IMG/VR virus record: IMGVR_UViG_3300025450_000016
From: a virus
DNA: 64,000 nt
Strand: one strand, 5' to 3'
In this document: positions 26,241 to 35,712 of the stretch, in pieces
How the letters are laid out: every line of letters begins with the position of its first letter
How positions within the stretch are numbered: position 1 is the first letter of the stretch
The notes under the pieces: model-generated
The model's input: only the letters and a program-made list of their open reading frames with translations
What the model was told of the DNA's origin: nothing
Database searches by the model: none
Position numbers and translations under genes: made by a program

Positions 26241-27069
26241 GTCCTAGAGTCTTTCTAATCTTAGTGGCGCTGATATCTGTTACACTTTCATCAAAAGTTT
26301 CTTCTGCGTGAGTATAACCAACTCCACGACCCCACCCAATGTGTACAATATTGGGTACCACTTGTATTTCGTACTGTCCTTGATAGATAGGATCCAAATC
26401 ACGACGAATAAATGCCTTGACTTTTTCTATTTCAAACGGATTTGAGCCTTGCCATCCTTGTACATCGCGTACTTGAATAATCACTTGCCCTGTACGTGCT
26501 ATCAGTCGGTCGAACAGCGCACGGTGTCCATCGTGCCACGGTTGCCAACGTCCCAACATTTGTACTGTTTCGCGTTTCCAATCAAATACAGGACGGCGAC
26601 GATTGGCCACAATATGTTCGCCAATAAACTCGGCCCACTTTTCTGCATTCTGCTCGGTGATGCGGAAATCGTAATGTTCGGGTTCAACAAATGCTTTGTT
26701 GGTATCAGCATAACGACCTTCGCGGATAGTGTCTACCCAGATGGTCCAGTCGGCCTTGAAATTGTTGCGTTGCTCAACTAAGGGTGCAACAAAGTCACAG
26801 ATCACATAGTCACCGCCAGCTTCCATACTGAATTGAAACATACGCAAGCTCTGACGAATACGTCCATCATTTGAAAAATCCCAGTCGTTGTACTTGCGAC
26901 GTACATCATCGGCATTGAACCAGTTGACTTTGACTTGATTGTCCATTGGTTCCATAATAGCACGACTGTAACTGATGGAACCGTGTAGTTCTAGGTATTT
27001 TTTAAGTGCAGCCGCCAAGGTTGTTTTGCCTGAGCCAGGAAGGCCCATTATTAGAATACGTTGACTCAT
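26233..27069 (-). CDS. APS kinase (CysC)-like domain fused to HxGH nucleotidyltransferase
   Basis: GLPGSGKTT, NADDVR, DFS..GR; GRWQPWHDGH, ISATKIR; AAGGA RBS before MSQRI. Confidence 0.8.
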   Translation of the reverse strand: MSQRILIMGLPGSGKTTLAAALKKYLELHGSISYSRAIMEPMDNQVKVNWFNADDVRRKYNDWDFSNDGRIRQSLRMFQFSMEAGGDYVICDFVAPLVEQRNNFKADWTIWVDTIREGRYADTNKAFVEPEHYDFRITEQNAEKWAEFIGEHIVANRRRPVFDWKRETVQMLGRWQPWHDGHRALFDRLIARTGQVIIQVRDVQGWQGSNPFEIEKVKAFIRRDLDPIYQGQYEIQVVPNIVHIGWGRGVGYTHAEETFDESVTDISATKIRKTLGLE

Positions 27070-27080
27070 TGATTTTTCCT

Positions 27081-27647
27081 TTACCAAATATCCGATGGAA
27101 TTTCTGTGGCCCTGAAGCCTTGATACAAACTGTATCTTTTGTCTACTACAAAATTTTTCATACCGTGTGGTGTACGTGTTGGATACAACATCATATAACC
27201 ACAATTGGGGCGGAATGGTACTGTGTGCCAGGCATCCTGGTCGTAACAGTAGGTTCCCATATTTTCATTGCCTTCAGACAAATACACCTGCACATTGACA
27301 TAATGATTTGGGCTTACATCACCATCGTGTATGGTATTGATATATCCATCAGGGTCACGCCATAATTGCGGATTGTTTTGATACAACTTAACACCAGTAA
27401 CTGATTCAGCAAATTCAATAACAGGAGCTAGCTCAATGCGTATTTGTTCACACAAGTGGTTGTACAATGCCTCTGTTTCTTCTGTTTCTTCTGGGCGAAA
27501 CTGTAGTCTAGGAAAAGCAGAGTTGCCGTCATATTGTTTTAACCAATTGGTGGTGTCTCTGTCAAAGACTGACACCAACTGCTGGAACAAGCTGTTGCTA
27601 AAAACATTGTCAAGACGATAAAATTTTTCTGTAACTGTTACGAACAT
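27081..27647 (-). CDS. Putative 2OG-Fe(II) oxygenase
   Basis: LWRD.....HDGD, QVYL, GT, PF.PN.GY, distal HG and R.SLY. Confidence 0.6.
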   Translation of the reverse strand: MFVTVTEKFYRLDNVFSNSLFQQLVSVFDRDTTNWLKQYDGNSAFPRLQFRPEETEETEALYNHLCEQIRIELAPVIEFAESVTGVKLYQNNPQLWRDPDGYINTIHDGDVSPNHYVNVQVYLSEGNENMGTYCYDQDAWHTVPFRPNCGYMMLYPTRTPHGMKNFVVDKRYSLYQGFRATEIPSDIW

Positions 27648-29113
27648 ACTCGTGCTCCATAGTGCATTTCAAAACGATCAGCATCTTCTCTGTCGTTCAC
27701 AATGGGTTCACCTTTGATATTAAGACTGGTGTTTAACAGCATAGGACAACCTGTTACCACATACCATTTTTCTAACAGTTCTCTAATTCCCGAACCATCT
27801 CGTGGTACTGTTTGTATACGACTAGTGCCGTCGCGATGAACGATAGCAGGAAATAAGTCAGGATCCCTGCAACGACCGATGACTTGCATATACCTAGTGT
27901 CAACGAAACCGCTAGGCATATCAAAATACTCATTGACATATTCCTCCAAAATAACTGGCGCGAACGGTCTAAATTCTTGTCTACGTTTGATTGCATTTAC
28001 TTTGTCCTTTATATCTGGTCCTCTGGGGTCGGCGAGGAGACTTCTGTTTCCAAGGGCTCGGGGGCCAAATTCTGCTCTTCCGGAGGCCACCCCCACGAGT
28101 CTATCACTGAGTAAGCAATCAAGGACGGCATTAACAGGATACGGGCCGCTGATTTCTGTACCAAGGAATGCGTTTTTGAACTCAATTGGTCCGCCGTAGG
28201 CCAGTGCGGCTGCTCCGAGACTACTACCAGCATCGCCAGGATTAGGCATAATCCAAATCTTTTCAAAATACTCACCGAGGTTTCTATTTGCTAAACAATT
28301 AAGGGCTACACCGCCCTGATATACTAAATTTGTGCTCCAGCCAAAATCTTTGGCACGACGCATAACATTATATATCAAATTTTCACAAAAGGCCTGACTG
28401 GAACTGGCAATATCGTATTCCAAGTGCTTGGCCAAAAACTCTTCATCTACTCCTAGATGCAAATTTTGTGAAAATTCAATATTCCATTCGTTGGTCATCA
28501 CTGCCGATTTTATCTGTGCCGCGGCCTTGGGTTCTCCATAAGCAGCCATTCCCATTAGGATATATTCGTCTTCGTTGGGTTTCAATCCCACACGCTTGGT
28601 CATGGCACTATAAAATAGTCCTATGCTGTGCGGATATCGCTGACCCCACAGTCGCTTATACTCAGCACGACCATCAACATAGTGTGCGCCCCATATGGTA
28701 ATACTGTCCCATTCGCCAATGGCATCGATCACAACCACAGTGGCTCGATCAAATGGACTGGTTTGAAAACCAGCAGCTGCGTGACTCAGATGATGCCCGT
28801 GTGTGCTGATTGGAACATTGTCAAAATACCCACGTAACTGTTGCCTGAGTACTTGTCTAGTGGTCAGCTTGTTCCATTCTACACCTTGTCCCGAGTACCA
28901 CTGACGTAACTGCTTTTTCCAAGGAGTTTCGTAGTAGGCAATATGATCAATGTGGCGACCATCTGATAACTCCCAAAACATTGCAGGGTGCAGATTGGCA
29001 TCGTTTTTGATCTTGCTGTACCGTTCGGCGTGACCAGCGTACACTATTTCGCCATTGTTGATCACCGTGGCGGATGCATCGTGGAAACCGGCGCTGATTC
29101 CTAGTATGTTCAT
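27638..29113 (-). CDS. NodU/CmcH/TobZ-family O-carbamoyltransferase
   Basis: ILGIS..FHDA, HH.SHAA, DAIGE, GGVALN, GD.G, EFGPRALGNRS, FRPFAP, LLNTSLN..GEP. Confidence 0.95.
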   Translation of the reverse strand: MNILGISAGFHDASATVINNGEIVYAGHAERYSKIKNDANLHPAMFWELSDGRHIDHIAYYETPWKKQLRQWYSGQGVEWNKLTTRQVLRQQLRGYFDNVPISTHGHHLSHAAAGFQTSPFDRATVVVIDAIGEWDSITIWGAHYVDGRAEYKRLWGQRYPHSIGLFYSAMTKRVGLKPNEDEYILMGMAAYGEPKAAAQIKSAVMTNEWNIEFSQNLHLGVDEEFLAKHLEYDIASSSQAFCENLIYNVMRRAKDFGWSTNLVYQGGVALNCLANRNLGEYFEKIWIMPNPGDAGSSLGAAALAYGGPIEFKNAFLGTEISGPYPVNAVLDCLLSDRLVGVASGRAEFGPRALGNRSLLADPRGPDIKDKVNAIKRRQEFRPFAPVILEEYVNEYFDMPSGFVDTRYMQVIGRCRDPDLFPAIVHRDGTSRIQTVPRDGSGIRELLEKWYVVTGCPMLLNTSLNIKGEPIVNDREDADRFEMHYGARVCS

Positions 29114-29211
29114 TTATAGATAAATGGATCTCGTTTACGTAGTTCTTTTAATTTTTTACGATAACGTAATTCTAAAGTGATTTTATTGTAAAGATTTCGT
29201 AACCATTGCAT
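29110..29211 (-). CDS. 33-aa basic peptide ending RDPFIYK (not in ORF track)
   Basis: MQWLRNLYNKITLELRYRKKLKELRKRDPFIYK; its TGA overlaps the carbamoyltransferase ATG. Confidence 0.7.
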   Translation of the reverse strand: MQWLRNLYNKITLELRYRKKLKELRKRDPFIYK

Positions 29212-29998
29212 TGAATTGATCTTTCATTATGTGTGCTGCCGCTGTGTGTGCTGCTTCTAGTGGATGGGTAGTACCTATTGGGTATTTATTCTCCAAAGCC
29301 CACTGATAAAAACCTCTTGGGTCCGTTGTTTGTGTTGCTTCTGTTCCGGCTGGAAACCAAAACCAATTGGCTTGATCCCGGTGTATTTGTTCAGTTAGAC
29401 TATGTATGCTAGCATCTGCTGTTTGTATTGTATGATTGTACCATATGCAATTATCGGCACAGGTAAACAAATAAGGTATACTGTTGGTTTTTAAATAATT
29501 TTGTAAGTATGTAATTTCTTTGAGCGTGGTATAAATTTCCCAGTACTCGCTGTCGCCCACGTTCTTATAAAAGGATTTGGCAAAGTCGGCTATACCGTTT
29601 TCCTTGGCTTTGGTTATATTTTTAATTTGCTCATACAAAATATTGCTATTTTGATTTACAAATTCTTTTTCTATAGTTGCAGGATCATCCCGTACAGTCC
29701 ACGGAGTAATAGTATACCAAGGACTGCCGCGTTGATTGGTATGATAATTAAAGCGAAATTCATAGCGACCAGGAAAGGTCCACGATACTATCACAGCAGG
29801 ACGTTCAGGCCATATGGCTTCGCATTCAGCAATAACACGATGTGCTATGCCATCATTGCCTAAACCGGGCCAGGCCACGCATTGATACTGGTGTTCTTGA
29901 GACAACAAAGCCGCAAAGGTGCTTTGACTGTGTCTGCCGTTACAGTCTGCCAACTCGCTGCCGTATACGAAACTGTCACCTCCGGCTACTATAATCAT
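29183..29998 (-). CDS. SGNH-like protein
   Basis: GDSFVYG, PG.GN..I, WT...R.E, HP.E.AH. Confidence 0.7.
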   Translation of the reverse strand: MIIVAGGDSFVYGSELADCNGRHSQSTFAALLSQEHQYQCVAWPGLGNDGIAHRVIAECEAIWPERPAVIVSWTFPGRYEFRFNYHTNQRGSPWYTITPWTVRDDPATIEKEFVNQNSNILYEQIKNITKAKENGIADFAKSFYKNVGDSEYWEIYTTLKEITYLQNYLKTNSIPYLFTCADNCIWYNHTIQTADASIHSLTEQIHRDQANWFWFPAGTEATQTTDPRGFYQWALENKYPIGTTHPLEAAHTAAAHIMKDQFNAMVTKSLQ

Positions 29999-31055
29999 AT
30001 CCAGGCTTCATCATATCTATTTGCATTTGTTTGTAAGTGGAATCGCTCCAGCAGTAGTCGTACTGTTGTACAACTCCGTCAATTTCTATACGCTGTATGT
30101 CCAAGTGGCTGCCCAAGATGTCCCATATGGTCTTGTAGTCTGTGGTACCAAAACTGGCCTGTAGATCAATTTGACCCAGCGGCAGGTAACCCAGACTCAA
30201 CGTGGTATCGCTGGGATCTCTATTGTTTTTGATCAACCAAGATTCAAATTCTGTTTGTTCTTTGTCGTGCCAAGGGTGCCCGCCATTGCGAACAACATCA
30301 TTGCCCCACTCAACATCAAACTCGCCCGAGTAATATCTCAGTTCTGTAATAGCTTCGCATACTGTGTCAGTGAGTTCAGGTGCGTGTTCATCACGGAATA
30401 CTTCGTACAAAGTCTTACCTATCTGTGTCCAGTGCATATATACACCGCCCAACACACGATCATATCCGTTGATGCGAAAGCCCTCACGGTGCTCGGGTTT
30501 TAAATCATATCGACGTGCATTTATAAATGTGGTAATTTGACTGGGACGTACCCAATAAGGATCTGTGGCCAATTTGCGTTGACTCAAGATCAAGTTTTCC
30601 ATTTCGTGACAGATGTTGTTCAGTTGACGAATAGCATACTTGGTATCATAGTCAGCACGTTTGTACCACTCACTTAGTCCCCATACCGTACCTTGCAAGC
30701 GTTCAAAATGATTGTGTAACCGGTTCATCATATCGTGATTGATGCCGTTTTCGGCATAATCAAATCCAACTACATTTTTGGGGGTAAACAATTCCCAGAT
30801 AAAGTATTCACTGTTAAAGAAAAGATTAATGGTTCGTGTGTGTTGATTGAGTTCGTTACACAGATATTCCAGTGTGCGAGCAGTCTTGGGAAAACCCATA
30901 AAACAAAAGTTTTTTTCTAGTAGGTTACCAGACTCCAGTAGATCTCGCAGAGCCACTTGCCAATCTTGGGCCAGCGAGGTGTCGTTGGGAACGATAGTAT
31001 AGTCTACTTGATCGTTCCGGTCTAAAGGGTTACGCAATACTACTTTAATTGTCAA
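29976..31055 (-). CDS. Hypothetical protein with possible His/Glu metal site
   Basis: 359-aa coupled ORF; LHNHFE and CHEME motifs. Confidence 0.7.
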   Translation of the reverse strand: MTIKVVLRNPLDRNDQVDYTIVPNDTSLAQDWQVALRDLLESGNLLEKNFCFMGFPKTARTLEYLCNELNQHTRTINLFFNSEYFIWELFTPKNVVGFDYAENGINHDMMNRLHNHFERLQGTVWGLSEWYKRADYDTKYAIRQLNNICHEMENLILSQRKLATDPYWVRPSQITTFINARRYDLKPEHREGFRINGYDRVLGGVYMHWTQIGKTLYEVFRDEHAPELTDTVCEAITELRYYSGEFDVEWGNDVVRNGGHPWHDKEQTEFESWLIKNNRDPSDTTLSLGYLPLGQIDLQASFGTTDYKTIWDILGSHLDIQRIEIDGVVQQYDYCWSDSTYKQMQIDMMKPGYDYSSRR

Positions 31056-32355
31056 TTGAATCCCACCATTCGAGTGCTTGAGGTCTTAAGGACATGATGT
31101 CTCTAAAAGTATACTGGTCTTTTCGGATTTTTTCAAGTTCTAATATACGAGCTTTGCCCTTTCTGAGACCGGCTTCGTATTCTGCGGGCCACTGTTCAGC
31201 AAATGTGGGTCTAGTTTTTAGCTGGACAAGTATATCCCGTAACGGGCCGGTTAGAGGTTTACCCTCAGGAGTGCCATTCAGGATTTCGTCTACCCAGGGT
31301 TCCAAAATGGATCTGGGCAGGGCCAACGGCGACATAACAATGTCCGGGCTAAAACTAAAAACTACTTTGGCTAGTACGTCTACACCTAGTGTTTCTGCGA
31401 GCGATTGTATCGCTTGTACTTCAAAGAGTCCTGGTGTAGTAAGAGTGAAGTCCAAACGGATCTGGCGGCGGTGACTGTGGTACGCAAGTCCTTCGCGGAT
31501 GTTCTCAAGCCACTGATCAAAATCAAGACCTGATCTAATATACTCGCCAATTCGGCCCGTGCCATCGATGCTTGCACAGATTTGCCAGTCACGTAACCCA
31601 GATAGTATATCCCTAAACAAATTGATACCGCGATAATTGATGCGACTAAGATTTGTGTTATACCTAGCGTAAACATTTTTTCCATCTCCAAGTTCTATGA
31701 TCCGTTGCATATACTTCCAGTGTTGCTCGTACATCAACGGTTCACCTCCCACCCAATACACCTCTTCCACTCGGTGTTCCTCAACAGCAGTAGCAAACTC
31801 TTGCTCTACCTGGGTGTCTTGAAACTTTACTATTTGTTCTTTGACCTCAGGGCGCATCCAATGTGTATTAGGATTGTCCCAATCAATCATATTATGTTGT
31901 CGTTGCTCACTCTCCCAAGCACTCGACAGCATATCGCCGCACATACGGCATTTAAAATTACACAGGTTACTAAACCTATAATCCCACGAGACTGGCTTCA
32001 TTGTCGTGTAGCCCGTATCATCAGTATGTTCCAGGGCCTGTAAATACTTATGACCAAATAAACTGTTAAAATACGAGCGGTAAACGTCGGTATTCAGCAA
32101 CTTGCTGTTGCACACATCACATTCGGGCAAGGTTTCTCCGGCCATCATACGACGGCGCACACTTTTCATATGTTCACTGTTCCAATGCTCATCCAATGAA
32201 ATAGGTATGTACTTGCCGGTACCCGATGTAGTATCAATGTACTGTTGAAAATTCTGCGCAGGCTCTCTTGACGCACAACACATTCTACGCTCAGTTTGCG
32301 GGCTGAGATAGGTATGAGTCCAAGGTGCCATACAAAGTGTTGCTGGTTTATCCAT
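31045..32355 (-). CDS. Radical SAM protein with N-terminal twitch domain
   Basis: C.APW...CC...C..C, then CNFKCRMC, GGEPL, YNTN, SIDG. Confidence 0.93.
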   Translation of the reverse strand: MDKPATLCMAPWTHTYLSPQTERRMCCASREPAQNFQQYIDTTSGTGKYIPISLDEHWNSEHMKSVRRRMMAGETLPECDVCNSKLLNTDVYRSYFNSLFGHKYLQALEHTDDTGYTTMKPVSWDYRFSNLCNFKCRMCGDMLSSAWESEQRQHNMIDWDNPNTHWMRPEVKEQIVKFQDTQVEQEFATAVEEHRVEEVYWVGGEPLMYEQHWKYMQRIIELGDGKNVYARYNTNLSRINYRGINLFRDILSGLRDWQICASIDGTGRIGEYIRSGLDFDQWLENIREGLAYHSHRRQIRLDFTLTTPGLFEVQAIQSLAETLGVDVLAKVVFSFSPDIVMSPLALPRSILEPWVDEILNGTPEGKPLTGPLRDILVQLKTRPTFAEQWPAEYEAGLRKGKARILELEKIRKDQYTFRDIMSLRPQALEWWDSIDN

Positions 32356-33313
32356 TTATAAATTCCATTAAGGGTTCGACTATTGACTGGTAGAACGATA
32401 CATCAACAGCAGATCTATTGTGAAACAAACTGGAATTGTGCGCCATTTTGTCTCGAGTTTCTTGACTGTATCCTTGCAGCTGATAATTTTTTATCTGTTC
32501 GTACACTAGATCCAATCGGTTGAGTTTGAAATCGTATGACTCGTCGAATAAATTACTGTATGTTTCAAACCCCGAGCGTTGTAAAAAATCCAATGTACCA
32601 ACTCCGCCCAGCATCACAAACGGTTGTTGTAATGCTAGAGGTTTCATTGTTTTTTCTGTGACAAATATTTCGTCTGTGTTCATTTGTGTTTCTACCACTA
32701 TGTTGATTTCTGTACGATTGTACCACGCAGGATTTATGTAACGATCCCATCTATCCCAATACTCTTTGTGTCCGGGGCTGTCGTGTTCAATATCGCCATC
32801 GATACGCACTCCACGATCAACATAACTGTATAGTCCTTGCTCCAAGATTGGAGTAAACTTGTTGTATATATCGTCTCTAAAAGGTCTAGCAAAATTCATC
32901 ATCAGCAAAAACTTTTTGTCTGGTGTGTAGGTACGTTCTACTGTGTAGTTGCTCAATCGATTTTCGTGATACCAAAAATACAACGGAACTTCCAAGGTAT
33001 TTGGTGGAGTATTTGTGCTCTCTGATCCAACCACGTGCAACACCGTTGTTTCAGTATGCGACGAACTGCTTTGTTTTTCCAACAGCGACTCAAACACCAA
33101 TCGATAACCATCCCCGACCAATTGATCAACAGTTGTTTTATTTTTGTGATATTGATAATGATTGCACACAAACAAGGTTGATTGTTTGTCGTATGCACGG
33201 TGCGGATCATAGAATTCAAAATCAAAAGCCTGACCAATTATACTACGATACTCTAATAAGGTTATCTGTGTATAGTTGTTGTGATCCCAAAAACCAACCA
33301 GTTTAATCTTCAT
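32348..33313 (-). CDS. GT10-like TEK-motif glycosyltransferase
   Basis: IVVET......FVTEKT.KP.....PF...G......L...GF......FDESYD. Confidence 0.6.
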   Translation of the reverse strand: MKIKLVGFWDHNNYTQITLLEYRSIIGQAFDFEFYDPHRAYDKQSTLFVCNHYQYHKNKTTVDQLVGDGYRLVFESLLEKQSSSSHTETTVLHVVGSESTNTPPNTLEVPLYFWYHENRLSNYTVERTYTPDKKFLLMMNFARPFRDDIYNKFTPILEQGLYSYVDRGVRIDGDIEHDSPGHKEYWDRWDRYINPAWYNRTEINIVVETQMNTDEIFVTEKTMKPLALQQPFVMLGGVGTLDFLQRSGFETYSNLFDESYDFKLNRLDLVYEQIKNYQLQGYSQETRDKMAHNSSLFHNRSAVDVSFYQSIVEPLMEFING

Positions 33314-34520
33314 ATCCCATTGCTCTGGCTATTTCAGGGTGCGTGTCCAAGAAGTTTTGTTTGCGGTGTGCATCGGTACGTTGCATCTTAAACAAAAATT
33401 CCGATCCGTCGCTGCCTGAACCTAATTCAATGAAATTGATTATGTTGTTGATTTCTCGTTGATAATGACTGTTTTTCCAAAATGTAGTTTTTAATTTGTT
33501 TAACACCAGTTCATTGGCAGCCGGAGTCATACGTTGTATGCTCATATGATCAGGACTGTGCATCATATTGAAATAAATGTCTCCAAACCCTTTGGTGTCG
33601 GCCCAGTCTAGTAATTCATCCAAGTAATAGACATTTTGAATATTGACAGTAAAACACAACTGTGTGGTGATATTGGGTGTGTCAACACGTTTGGCAAAGT
33701 GTACATCGTCGATAATTTTATTTGCCAAATCCCACTTGGCCCCGTAGCGTTCATATTCAAAACGATCGCCTACGTTGTCAATACTGAACGCAATATCTAC
33801 ACGACCAAATTGATTCCAAATCTGTGTGTTTTCACTCAGTTCCTGCGTGGCATTGGTGTTGTAGTGTATGTCAATGTTCTTGCTGTAACCCAAGGCAGCC
33901 GCATATCTCAGTAGATCAAAATGCTCTTGTATCATCCAGGGTTCACCACCGGTAAATTCAAAATACTTGATGTTGGGCAATAGTTCACGTAGGTTGTCCC
34001 AGAAGATTGTTGTTTTGCGTGGCCAGGCACCGGCCTTTAGCCAGGTGTAGGCAATGTGACTCTTCTTATCAAAGTCTTTGGGCATATATGCTAATTCTTC
34101 TTCGGCCCACTTGCTGCTTGACCACGATCCACAAATACGACATTTGAGATTGCAGATGTTACCCAACTTCAAATCCACAAACCATAGCTGGTCAGGATTA
34201 TCGTTCGCCCAGTCAACCTTGTCGTACAAGTGCTTGAGTCTAACTTGACTATGGATGCGTTTGCTGTCGCGGCCGGCAGCTTCTTCATCCCAACAACGAC
34301 TACAGGTTGCTGGCTTTTCCCCGGCACGAAACTGTCTACGTAGATTTTGCATATACTCGCTGTGATATGCAGTTTCCAAGTTGGTTTCATTTAGATCGTA
34401 TTTTTTACCTGTGGCATCAACTATTTCCTCGTGTGCCATACAGCAAGGACGTGTAGTGCCCATCGGGCTGGTCTCAATGGAGATCCAAGGTAACATACAA
34501 ATTGTTTTAGGTAACGTCAT
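33303..34520 (-). CDS. Radical SAM protein with N-terminal twitch domain
   Basis: CMLPW..RPCC..CSRCW; CNLKCRIC; GGEP; YNTN. Confidence 0.93.
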   Translation of the reverse strand: MTLPKTICMLPWISIETSPMGTTRPCCMAHEEIVDATGKKYDLNETNLETAYHSEYMQNLRRQFRAGEKPATCSRCWDEEAAGRDSKRIHSQVRLKHLYDKVDWANDNPDQLWFVDLKLGNICNLKCRICGSWSSSKWAEEELAYMPKDFDKKSHIAYTWLKAGAWPRKTTIFWDNLRELLPNIKYFEFTGGEPWMIQEHFDLLRYAAALGYSKNIDIHYNTNATQELSENTQIWNQFGRVDIAFSIDNVGDRFEYERYGAKWDLANKIIDDVHFAKRVDTPNITTQLCFTVNIQNVYYLDELLDWADTKGFGDIYFNMMHSPDHMSIQRMTPAANELVLNKLKTTFWKNSHYQREINNIINFIELGSGSDGSEFLFKMQRTDAHRKQNFLDTHPEIARAMGYED

Positions 34521-35712
34521 ACCGCATTGCTTTTGCTATTTCTGGATGTGTGTCTGCAAAATTTTCTCCACGGATACGATCCAACTGTTTCATTTCCTCA
34601 CGGAATCTGACTCCGTCTTTGCTTTCAGCATTGTTGATAAAATCAATTATTTGATCAATTTCGCGACGGTGGCGGTCAATAAATTTGCCTGAGTTTAATT
34701 TTTCAATTACCAATTGTTTTGCTTCCGGCGGCATTGTACCAATACTCAAATAGGCCGCTTCGTGAACTAATCCAAAGTTTTCGTGATCAAAGTCTTGTTC
34801 GGCTATCCACGCACACAATTCCTCAAGATAATAAACATTTTGTATACTCACAGTAGGATTAACCTGTAGCTCTATATGTGGAAGACGAGCTTTCATTGCA
34901 CGAAATCTTTGTATGTTTGCATTGACTTCCGACCACTTGGCTCCTGAACGTTCTAGTTCAAAACGTTTGCCCAATCCGTCAATGCTAAATGCTATTTCAA
35001 CACGTTTGAAGTTTTTCCATAATTCTTCAGCACCTTCGGGGAATACAGTTCCATTGGTATTGTAAAATAAATGTTGATAACGACTGGAACCTGTGTCTAC
35101 GCTGTACTGCAACAGGTCAAAGTGTTCTTGAATCATAAAAGGCTCACCGCCAGTGAAATCTAAAAATTTAATCTTGGGTATCAAAGTTCGTACTTCTTCC
35201 CAAAATGTTGTACTGGTACGTGGCCATTCGCCTTCTACTAGCCAGGTCTTGCTTTGATGAGTTCGTCTTTCTTTGTATGGAACCTGCATTAGACTCTCCT
35301 GTGCCCACTTGCTGCTGATCATAGGACCACATATACGACATTTGAGATTGCAGATATTGCCCAATTTCAAATCCAAGTATAAAAAATGTTTAGGCACGAC
35401 AGTATTAAAATTTACCAAAGGCAACAGCATATTCATTTTCTGCAAATGATTAACACGTTTGCTGATTTTGCCCACAGCTTCCTCATTCCAGCAACGACGA
35501 CACGCTCGAGGTTTGCCACCATCAATGAATTCTTGTCGCAAATCTTTCATATAATTGCTGTGAAAGATTTCCATTATACTGTCGGTAGCAAGATTGTATG
35601 GAGTGCCATCATCACGTTTGATTACGTCCTCGCTAATGCAACAAGGGCGTACTGTGCCTACTGTGTTGGCAGCCAGACTGGTCCAAGGCAACATACACTT
35701 GTGATCAGCCAC
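34507..35712 (-). CDS. Radical SAM protein with N-terminal twitch domain
   Basis: CMLPW..RPCC..CRRCW; CNLKCRIC; GGEP; YNTNG. Confidence 0.93.
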   Translation of the reverse strand: MADHKCMLPWTSLAANTVGTVRPCCISEDVIKRDDGTPYNLATDSIMEIFHSNYMKDLRQEFIDGGKPRACRRCWNEEAVGKISKRVNHLQKMNMLLPLVNFNTVVPKHFLYLDLKLGNICNLKCRICGPMISSKWAQESLMQVPYKERRTHQSKTWLVEGEWPRTSTTFWEEVRTLIPKIKFLDFTGGEPFMIQEHFDLLQYSVDTGSSRYQHLFYNTNGTVFPEGAEELWKNFKRVEIAFSIDGLGKRFELERSGAKWSEVNANIQRFRAMKARLPHIELQVNPTVSIQNVYYLEELCAWIAEQDFDHENFGLVHEAAYLSIGTMPPEAKQLVIEKLNSGKFIDRHRREIDQIIDFINNAESKDGVRFREEMKQLDRIRGENFADTHPEIAKAMRYDVT

